A stretch of DNA of 20,375 nucleotides, from NCBI GenBank assembly GCA_038209745.1, contig JBBQXJ010000083.1, positions 1 through 20,375 of the forward strand. Direction: 5' to 3'. The notes below the pieces were generated by a model. That model did not search any database and was not told where the DNA came from. It saw only the letters and a list, made by a program, of their open reading frames with translations. Positions 1-7,264 of the stretch are shown here, piece by piece. Within the stretch, counting starts at the first letter, position 1, and each line of letters begins with the position of its first letter. Source of the stretch: Verrucomicrobiota bacterium (GTDB lineage: Bacteria > Verrucomicrobiota > Verrucomicrobiia > Limisphaerales > CANJSG01). Made by a program: the position numbers and the translations under genes.

Positions 1-379
1 TATACGGGCGTTCGCGGGGTTTTCCCAAGAAAACAACCTCCCGGCGACCCCGCTCAACACGACGCGCGGAACGCTCTTCCTGGCTCGTTCTCCTCCCTCA
101 TGCGCTCCTGCTTTCCTACCCCTCTTCGGCCACCGATGCCCGCGAAGATTCCGTGGCCAAACGCTGGAAAAAGGACAACCAGCCCCATCGTCCGGCCTGG
201 ACCAGCGGGGAAGCGCCGAAACACCCTGAAATCCTGACTGTAAAAGCGTCCAGCGGTGGACCTGCCCCTCAAGGCAAAGGCAACCATTCTGTCGACGGCA
301 CTGCGCGATCTTATTTGGGTTCTTCAGAACGACTACGGGGTATTTTAGCGAATGGCTCGTCGCTGATCACAATGGCTGA

Positions 380-1351
380 TCACTCCCCATATCCATCCGG
401 ATGCTTCACATGCCAGTTCCAAGCGGTGCGGACGATGGCCTCCAGCGTGGGATACTTCGGCTTCCAGCCCAGTTCGTGGATCGCCTTGTGGGCGGCGGCG
501 ACGAGGCGCGGCGGATCGCCGGGGCGGCGGTCTTTCTCCACTGCTTTGATCGGCTTGCCGCTGATCTTTTCGCACATCTGGATGACTTCCCGGACGCTGT
601 AACCGTCGCCATTGCCGAGGTTGAAGAAGCCGGTCTTGCCGGGCTGCAACGCCAGCAGATGGGCCTGGGCGAGATCGACGATGTGGATGTAGTCGCGGAC
701 GCAGGTGCCATCGGGCGTCGGGTAGTCGGTGCCGAAGATCTGGCATTCCGTGGCCTGGCCGAGGGCGACCTTGAGCACGTTCGGAATCAAGTGGGTCTCG
801 ATGCGGTGGGCCTCGCCGAAGACTTCGCTGGCTCCGGCGGCGTTGAAGTAGCGGAAGGCGACGAACTCCAGTCCGTGGATCCGATGATACCACTTGAGGA
901 TCTGCTCGAACATGAGCTTGGACTCGCCGTAGGGATTGACCGGGCTCTGGGTCGTGGACTCGTCGATCGGATCGCGGTCCGGGGTGCCGTAGGTGGCGCA
1001 GGTGGAGCTGAAGACGAACTTCTTCACGGCGTTCTCACGGGCGGCGTCGATCAAGTTCAGGCCGCCGGCGACATTGTTGCGAAAGTATTTCGAAGGATTG
1101 GTCATCGACTCGCCGACGAGGGCGTTGGCCGCGAAATGGACGACGGCCGCGGGTCGCGCCGCCTTGATCGCGCCGAAGATGTGCTGGCGCTCGTTGAAGT
1201 CGCCCAGGACGAAGGCCGCCCGAGAGTCGACCGCCGCCCGATGGCCTTCCGTCAAGTTGTCGTAGACCGTGACCGTATGCCCCGCATTGAGGGCTTCCTC
1301 GACGAAAACGGAGCCGATGTAGCCCGCGCCGCCCGTGACAAAGATGTTCAT
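380..1351 (-). CDS. galE: UDP-glucose 4-epimerase (323 aa)
   Basis: NAD-binding IFVTGGAGYIGS, HFAA..VGES, FVFSSTCATYG, catalytic YGESK (YxxxK), RYFNAAGA, DYPTPDGTCVRDYIH. Start placed at ATG 1351 (MNIFVTGG) rather than the ORF-track start at 1396. Confidence 0.96.
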   Translation of the reverse strand: MNIFVTGGAGYIGSVFVEEALNAGHTVTVYDNLTEGHRAAVDSRAAFVLGDFNERQHIFGAIKAARPAAVVHFAANALVGESMTNPSKYFRNNVAGGLNLIDAARENAVKKFVFSSTCATYGTPDRDPIDESTTQSPVNPYGESKLMFEQILKWYHRIHGLEFVAFRYFNAAGASEVFGEAHRIETHLIPNVLKVALGQATECQIFGTDYPTPDGTCVRDYIHIVDLAQAHLLALQPGKTGFFNLGNGDGYSVREVIQMCEKISGKPIKAVEKDRRPGDPPRLVAAAHKAIHELGWKPKYPTLEAIVRTAWNWHVKHPDGYGE

Positions 1352-1628
1352 CGGCGCGGAGCCTACCGAGACTTCGCGCCGCGACACAATACGCACGAAA
1401 CGGCTTCCTCGCCCGATGGCTGTTTGGGCTCTGGCCGGCGACGGCGATTCAGGTCTGCGATTCTTTCCTTGCCCCGAATTTCAACCTCTCTGTTGGCCAC
1501 GTTTTGCCTCGCGATCAACAGTCCCGCCGAAGCCGCGACGAACCGGTTCCCATTCTGGATCGAGCGCTGAGCGGGCCTGTTTCAATCCCGGACTTGCCCC
1601 CACGAACTATTGGGCTTCAATCCGTTCC

Positions 1629-2696
1629 ATGAACCCCATTCCCCTGCCCCGGTTCCTCCTCTCTGCGCTGGTGGCGGCGACGCTCGGGCTGACCTCGCTC
1701 CATGCGGTGGAGTCGTCCACCGAACCCGCCGAACGGATGGGCGGGCCGGCCGAGCGTTTCAAGATGCTCACCGAACGGGTCAAAGCGGCGAACGGCGTCT
1801 GCGATGTGCTCTTCGTCGGCGACTCCATCACCCAAGGATGGGAAGGCGCTGGGAAGACGGTCTGGGACCACTACTACGGCGGACGCAAAGCCCTGAACAT
1901 CGGCATCGGCGGCGACCGGACCCAGCATCTGCTCTGGCGCTTCGACCACGGCAATCTCGACGGACTCAAGCCCAAGGTCGCCATCCTCATGATCGGCACC
2001 AACAACTCGGGTGAAGAGCGCAACAACACCGGGGACATCGTCGCGGGCGTGACGAAGGTGGTGGCAGCGCTGAGGTCCAAACTGCCCGACACGACGATCC
2101 TTCTGGTCGGGATTTTCCCGCGCGGCCAGACCTTCAGCTACCAGCGCGGCCAAGTGGCCCAGGCCAACCAAGCCATCAGCAAGCTGGCCGATGGCGACCA
2201 CGTTCTCTGGCTCGACTTCGGCGCCGAGTTTCTTTCCGCCGACGGCTCGATCTCGAAGAGCATCATGCCCGACTACCTCCATCCCGTGGCTAAGGGCTAC
2301 CTCCTCTGGAGCGAAGCAATGGAAGACACCCTTTCCAAGCTGCTGGGCGACCAACGGGTTCCGGCCGTGACCGAAGTGGACCTGACGGGCCAATGGAATT
2401 GGACCACCGCCGGTCCGGATGGAAATCCGGTCGTGGGCCTTATGGTGCTGGAACAAAAGGGCGGGAAGATCACCGGCAAATTCGCCCGCGGCGAGAACAC
2501 GTGGCTGGAGTTCAAAGACGGAGTCCTCGATGGCAGTGCCTTCAAATGGACCGTGCGTCGGGACCGTCCCAACGGCGGCACGATGGTCTACCAGATGTCC
2601 GGATCGCTAATGGACGGCAAGATCATCGGTTCGGCCAGTACGACGGTGGACGGCCAGGAAATGCAGTCGCCCTGGTCGGCTGAACGAAAGAAGTGA
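1629..2696 (+). CDS. Secreted SGNH/GDSL hydrolase (PAF-acetylhydrolase-like) with an extra C-terminal beta domain (355 aa)
   Basis: Blocks FVGDSIT, GIGGDRTQH, MIGTNN and DYLHP (catalytic S, G, N, D-x-x-H). Signal peptide MNPIPLPRFLLSALVAATLGLTSLHA from ATG 1629. C-terminal ~105 aa DLTGQWNWT...WSAERKK is beta-rich. Confidence 0.88.
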   Translation: MNPIPLPRFLLSALVAATLGLTSLHAVESSTEPAERMGGPAERFKMLTERVKAANGVCDVLFVGDSITQGWEGAGKTVWDHYYGGRKALNIGIGGDRTQHLLWRFDHGNLDGLKPKVAILMIGTNNSGEERNNTGDIVAGVTKVVAALRSKLPDTTILLVGIFPRGQTFSYQRGQVAQANQAISKLADGDHVLWLDFGAEFLSADGSISKSIMPDYLHPVAKGYLLWSEAMEDTLSKLLGDQRVPAVTEVDLTGQWNWTTAGPDGNPVVGLMVLEQKGGKITGKFARGENTWLEFKDGVLDGSAFKWTVRRDRPNGGTMVYQMSGSLMDGKIIGSASTTVDGQEMQSPWSAERKK

Positions 2697-2711
2697 CGTC
2701 TGGCCGATTCG

Positions 2712-3116
2712 TCACCGGCCGCCCTTTTGGCACCAGACAGACGCCACGATTCCCCACACGAGATTGAAGCAGACCACGCCGACCGGCGTGAACTTGTTCA
2801 GGACCATGCCGAACAATCCCGGCGGGATTTGCAGAGGGTAGACCGCGAGGAGTTGGCAGACACTGGGCGCCACGCTGATCACCAGACCGCGCAGAACCGG
2901 TCGCTTCCGACCGCCCGGCATCAGAAACAACAACCCCCAGATACCGCCCCACAAGATCCGCGCGTGGACCCAGTTCGGTGGAAAGTCCGGCACGAAGCCG
3001 TAGCCCTTCCATCGAATCGCCAGAGTCACGACGGCCCACAAGGCCGCCGCGTTGGCCAGTCCTCCGACCACTCCGCCGGTGAACGGAACCGAGACCGCGC
3101 GGATGAAGTCCTTCAT
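2712..3116 (-). CDS. Small integral membrane protein, about 4 TM segments, function unknown
   Basis: Four hydrophobic Gly-rich segments and an RILWGGIWGLLFL motif. Starts 51 bp downstream of the MBL hydrolase on the same strand. Confidence 0.75.
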   Translation of the reverse strand: MKDFIRAVSVPFTGGVVGGLANAAALWAVVTLAIRWKGYGFVPDFPPNWVHARILWGGIWGLLFLMPGGRKRPVLRGLVISVAPSVCQLLAVYPLQIPPGLFGMVLNKFTPVGVVCFNLVWGIVASVWCQKGGR

Positions 3117-3167
3117 GGGAAGATCAGGTGGGAGAAGTCTGCCAGTTCGGCAAGGTTGTCTTCGGTT

Positions 3168-3992
3168 TCAACCCGCAGTTTCCGCAGGGGCTACCAGTGG
3201 ATCGGCCCCCGCCAAGACCAAGGTCGGCGCCGCCTCGGCCTGGCACGTGACCCGCACCCGGACGTGGTTTGCGCCGATGGCGTCCATCTGGGTCTGCACG
3301 CAGCCGAGCGCGAGTTCCGGCCGGTTGCAGTCGCCGCTGAGATGCCCGAGGAAGAGGTGTTTCAGCTCCGGATTCATCACATCGACCGCCACCTTGGCAG
3401 CCGCTTCGTTGGAGAGATGCCCGTGACGGCTCAGGATGCGCTGCTTCACGCTCCATGGGCGTTTGGTGTCCTCGGTCAGAAGTTGATGGTCGTGGTTCGC
3501 CTCCAACAAAAGAACGTTGGCCGTTCGCACCCGCTCCAAGATCAGCTTGGTGGCGTGGCCCAGATCGGTGAGGAAGCCGATCCGACCGGCGCTCGTGTGC
3601 AGGAGGAATCCGACGGGATCGTGGGCGTCGTGCGGCACCGAGAAGGTATCGACGCCGATCTCCCCCAGCTCAAAGCTGGCACCCGTGCCGAAGATGCGGA
3701 AGTTGAGCTTCGCTTCGACCGTTGATTCGATGGCTTCCCGGGTCAGGCGGTTGCAATAGACCGGCAGGCCCAGCTTCCCGGCCAAGACAGCGAGGCCACG
3801 GACATGGTCGGAATGTTCGTGGGTGACGATGATTCCGGTGAGGCTCTCCGGGGAACGCCCGATGCCCGCCAACCGCTCCCGGATTTGCCGACCGCTGAAG
3901 CCGGCATCGATCAGGAGGCGCGTCTCCCCCGCTTCGAGATAGGCGCAGTTGCCACTGGAACCGCTGCCGAGAATGGTGAACTGGACTGGCAC
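3168..3992 (-). CDS. MBL-fold metallo-hydrolase, YycJ/WalJ-like (274 aa)
   Basis: ILGSGSSGN, LLIDAGFS, THEHSDH, VPHDA, TDLG, LEANHD, GHLSN and LGHLS motifs. GTG start at 3992 (MPVQFTILG) chosen; exact start uncertain. Confidence 0.92.
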   Translation of the reverse strand: MPVQFTILGSGSSGNCAYLEAGETRLLIDAGFSGRQIRERLAGIGRSPESLTGIIVTHEHSDHVRGLAVLAGKLGLPVYCNRLTREAIESTVEAKLNFRIFGTGASFELGEIGVDTFSVPHDAHDPVGFLLHTSAGRIGFLTDLGHATKLILERVRTANVLLLEANHDHQLLTEDTKRPWSVKQRILSRHGHLSNEAAAKVAVDVMNPELKHLFLGHLSGDCNRPELALGCVQTQMDAIGANHVRVRVTCQAEAAPTLVLAGADPLVAPAETAG

Positions 3993-4064
3993 CCGGCGAA
4001 CGGTAGGGAGCGTCGTCCGGGTGTGAAGAACATTCCCCAAAAAAGGAGGCCAATCTCTTAAGAC

Positions 4065-4081
4065 AGCAAGGACGATGCCGA
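4065..4081 (-). promoter_or_regulatory. Sigma54-type -24/-12 element
   Basis: Minus strand reads TCGGCATCGTCCTTGCT, i.e. GG-N10-GC with GGCA and TTGCT, matching the YTGGCACGNNNNTTGCW consensus. It points toward the MBL hydrolase gene and lies 46 bp upstream of the rpoN ATG. Confidence 0.65.
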
Positions 4082-4127
4082 CTTAATCCTTGAGCCGGGT
4101 CGACCCCGACCTAGACTCCCAACCACG

Positions 4128-5630
4128 ATGGCGCAGGGCATGCATTTATCACAGCGGATGGCACTTTCCCAAGTGCTGGCTCCGCAGCTCCAGCAGTCGC
4201 TGGCGCTGCTGCAGGCACCGACGCTGGAACTGCGCAACCTCGTAGAACAGGAACTGGCCCAGAATCCGCTTTTGGAGGAAGTCGCCGTCACCGAAGGCGA
4301 CGAGATGGAGGGCAAGGTCTCGGAGGAGAGCCAAAGCGCCGCCGAAGCCGCCGATCCCACGGAGCCGCCGGCCGACACCCAGTTCGATCCCGCCACCGAA
4401 AAAGAGACCAACGAACCGGTGGACGACTTTCAGGCCGAGTTCGAGAAGCTCGTCCAGATCGACCAGGAATGGCGCGACGTCTCCTCCGCCAGCAACGCCC
4501 CGCTCCGTCAGTCAGACGACGCGGAGGAGAAGCGGCAGTTCATGTTCGACTCGCTGACCACCAGCGAATCTCTCCAGGAGAGTCTTCTCGAACAGGTCCG
4601 CCAGTCCGATCTGACCCAGGACGACTATTCCGTCGCCGAGCTGCTCATCGGCAACATCGACGAACGCGGATACCTCAAGTCCGGTCCGGGAGAGCTTTCC
4701 GCGATGACCGGTCTTCCGGCGGCAAAACTCGAGGAAGTCCTCCGGGTCGTCCAAACCTTTCACCCAGCCGGTGTCGGCGCACGCGATCTCCAAGAGTGCC
4801 TCCTCATCCAGTTGGACGCTCTCGGCAAGAAAAACACCCTCGAATACCAGATCGTCCAGGACCACATGGACGCGTTGACCCGTCGGCGTTTGCCTGAGAT
4901 CGCCCGGGGCTGCGGCGTGGAGATCGACGAAGTGCAGGACGCCATGGAGGAGATCGCCAAGCTGGATCCCCGTCCCGGCCGGCAGTTCCTCCAGGAGGAC
5001 ATCCGCTACGTGGTCCCCGAGGTCTTCGTGACCAAGCTGAACGGTGAATGGAACGTCAGCACCAACGACGACCACGTGCCGCATCTGCGCATCAGCAACA
5101 CCTACAAGGACCTGATGGCCAATTCCGGGTCCAACGCGGAGGTCCGCGACTACATCCGGGACAAGATCCGCGCCGGCAAATTCCTCATCAAGAGCCTCCA
5201 CCAGCGCCAGCAGACGATCCTGAACATCGCCCGCGAGATCCTGAAGCGGCAGCGCGACTACTTCGAAAAGGGCGTCTCCCATCTCAAGCCTTTGACCATG
5301 GTCCAAGTGGCCGAAGTCGTGGGCGTCCACGAGACGACCGTCAGCCGGGCGGTCTCCGGCAAGTTCATGCAGACGCCGACCGGGATCATCGAGATGAAGT
5401 ATTTCTTCACCTCCGGATTGCAGACTTCGGACGGCGAAGGCGTCTCCAACACTTCGGTGAAGGACATGATCTCGGCTCTCTTCAAGAACGAGAATTCGAA
5501 CAAGCCCCTCTCCGACCAGGAAGTCGTGAAAATGGTCAGGGCCAAGGGCATCGTCCTCGCCCGCCGCACCGTCGCCAAATACCGCGCGGAGCTGAACATC
5601 CTCCCCTCGAACCTGCGCAAGCAGTATTAG
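4128..5630 (+). CDS. rpoN: RNA polymerase sigma-54 factor (500 aa)
   Basis: Region I PQLQQSLALLQ...NPLLE, acidic region II, GVGARDLQECLLIQL, HTH GVHETTVSRAV, PLSDQ and the RpoN box ARRTVAKYR. Confidence 0.98.
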   Translation: MAQGMHLSQRMALSQVLAPQLQQSLALLQAPTLELRNLVEQELAQNPLLEEVAVTEGDEMEGKVSEESQSAAEAADPTEPPADTQFDPATEKETNEPVDDFQAEFEKLVQIDQEWRDVSSASNAPLRQSDDAEEKRQFMFDSLTTSESLQESLLEQVRQSDLTQDDYSVAELLIGNIDERGYLKSGPGELSAMTGLPAAKLEEVLRVVQTFHPAGVGARDLQECLLIQLDALGKKNTLEYQIVQDHMDALTRRRLPEIARGCGVEIDEVQDAMEEIAKLDPRPGRQFLQEDIRYVVPEVFVTKLNGEWNVSTNDDHVPHLRISNTYKDLMANSGSNAEVRDYIRDKIRAGKFLIKSLHQRQQTILNIAREILKRQRDYFEKGVSHLKPLTMVQVAEVVGVHETTVSRAVSGKFMQTPTGIIEMKYFFTSGLQTSDGEGVSNTSVKDMISALFKNENSNKPLSDQEVVKMVRAKGIVLARRTVAKYRAELNILPSNLRKQY

Positions 5631-5920
5631 GCCGTCCGCAACCGTGTTTCGGCGGAGCGGGACCTAGTCCGATTTCTCCTCCTGCATTCCTTTCCCGGAT
5701 CTGCGCGCCCGTGGTCGCCGCTTTCCGCCAGGACGCAGGGAACGAGCAGCGCCTCCCCGCGACATCGCCTCTTCCCAGAGTTCGGAGTGGAACGGAGTCT
5801 TGAAATCCCGGTGCAGCGAAGGTCGGCTTCGGGGGCCGCGCTTCGTCGTGACCGGACGAAAAGAGACTACTTCCCCCTCAGAAAGCCCGCCGGTGTCTCA
5901 TGTCTCCGGGCGCCCACAAT

Positions 5921-5948
5921 TGTCACAGTTCTGTTTCCCTGCGGTCGT
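5921..5948 (+). promoter_or_regulatory. Putative Pho-box-like 11-bp direct repeats upstream of the pilin-like gene
   Basis: TGTCAC (5921), TGTTTC (5932) and GGTCGT (5943) at exact 11-bp spacing. A -10-like TATCTT follows at 5963. Confidence 0.4.
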
Positions 5949-5984
5949 TGCCCGGAGCGCCTTATCTTAACAGGTTCATCATCC

Positions 5985-6812
5985 ATGTTGACCCCAAACA
6001 TTGTATCCAACACCCATCGACCCACGGGGCTGCCACGCGCTCGGCGGGCGGCCTTCACTTTGATCGAACTGCTGGTCGTAATCGCCATCATCGCCATCCT
6101 CGCCAGCATGTTGCTGCCGGCCTTGTCCAAGGCCAAGGAGCGCGCGAAACGCATCGGTTGCATGAACAACCTGAAGCAGCTCGGCCTTGGCTGCGTGATG
6201 TATGGCCAGGATTTTGACGGACGCATCCTGGCCTATACTTGGGTTCCATCCGATGTCGCCAACATCGCGCCGGGTCAGATGCGGGCCAACACCGACGACG
6301 ATCTGAGCTTCCTCCATCCGAACTACGTCAGCCCCGTCCGGAGCTACATCTGCCCGAGCACCGAACACTACGTGCGCCCCAATGCCTACGTCGCCAAGCG
6401 GGACTCCAACGGCAAGACGACCGGCGAAAAGGTTCTGCAGGACCTGACCGACAACTCGTCGTCGAAGGACGGCCGGGGCCACAGCTACGAAGTGTTCGGG
6501 GTCTACGATGGGAGGCGCATCGAGAAGACCGAACAAACGATGAACAGCTACGTGGAGTCCAAAAACACCCGGGAGATCGGCTCAAAACCGGGCCCGTCGG
6601 GAACCATCCTCATGATGGACGGGGACGACACCAGCGCGTATGGGGCCGGCGGAACGTTGACCCAAAACTGGCCCGACAAGAAGGACCCCCACGGTGGGGA
6701 CGGCTTCAACATGAACTTCGGTGATGGCCACGCAGAGTTTGTCGGCACGCACCGCTTCATCGACGTCTGGAACCGGTCTCAGGATTCGAATCGCATCGCT
6801 CCGAAGCACTAG
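5985..6812 (+). CDS. Prepilin-type N-terminal cleavage/methylation protein with C-terminal H-X9-DG-like motif (PVC pilin-like family, 275 aa)
   Basis: Basic leader, then [43 protein letters not shown] and [19 protein letters not shown] at 5985. Confidence 0.92.
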   Translation: MLTPNIVSNTHRPTGLPRARRAAFTLIELLVVIAIIAILASMLLPALSKAKERAKRIGCMNNLKQLGLGCVMYGQDFDGRILAYTWVPSDVANIAPGQMRANTDDDLSFLHPNYVSPVRSYICPSTEHYVRPNAYVAKRDSNGKTTGEKVLQDLTDNSSSKDGRGHSYEVFGVYDGRRIEKTEQTMNSYVESKNTREIGSKPGPSGTILMMDGDDTSAYGAGGTLTQNWPDKKDPHGGDGFNMNFGDGHAEFVGTHRFIDVWNRSQDSNRIAPKH

Positions 6813-6910
6813 GAAAGGCCTTCGGCCCTGTTCGGGGTAAGCTCGAACCGTTGGAAGGGACCCCTGGCCACCGACGGCTCCGCCAACAGCATTCGCAGGC
6901 GATCCTCGTT

Positions 6911-6947
6911 TGGCGCGCGGCAACAGGATGTTTCCGCGCGCCATTTC
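6911..6947 (+). terminator. GC-rich hairpin, possible terminator of the pilin-like gene
   Basis: TGGCGCGCGG-caaca-gga-tgttt-CCGCGCGCCA followed by only a short TTT tract. Confidence 0.4.
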
Positions 6948-7202
6948 CATTGGCTCCAATTGTTCCGACGCCCAGTTCGCCGCTCGTCCCTGCTTCTCCA
7001 CGCTCGGGTCTTCCGTTAAACGGGGAGAGCGAGTCCCGAGGAGAAGGTGATTGCCTGTCCTTGCGTTCGCTCCGGCTTGCGAACGTCGGCCGCGCCCGTA
7101 GGCAGAGCCTCACGATCGACTGTCCAGCTCGGGAGGTGCCCCCGGCCTCAAGCGTCGTTCCTGGATTCTCGAGCGTCCCCCATCCTTCAACCCACCCGCA
7201 CC

Positions 7203-7238
7203 AAAAGAAAACAGGCGCGGACGAAAGTCCGCGCCTGT
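7203..7238 (-). terminator. Rho-independent terminator of the giant surface-protein gene
   Basis: Perfect 12-bp stem ACAGGCGCGGAC / GTCCGCGCCTGT with a 4-nt loop, followed on the minus strand by TTTCTTTT, 26 bp after the stop codon. Confidence 0.88.
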
Positions 7239-7264
7239 CGCGTTTCAGGAGTCGCCCGTCCCGA

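Noticed and set aside
1..379. Non-coding stretch with small hairpins (GCGGGGT/ACCCCGC, GTCCA/TGGAC), considered as a riboswitch or small CDS
   Set aside because: No riboswitch consensus recognised and the short ORFs are not protein-like. Probably the upstream region of a gene outside the window.
1493..1508. TTGGCCACGTTTTGCC as a sigma54 promoter for the SGNH esterase
   Set aside because: GG-to-GC spacing is 9, not the strictly required 10.
401..1570. Long antisense ORFs (401..1570, 2727..3725, 10268..11356, 11317..12534, 13044..14669, 15509..16438, 18201..19244, 19447..20136)
   Set aside because: Shadow ORFs opposite well-supported genes, expected in high-GC DNA, with no recognisable motifs.
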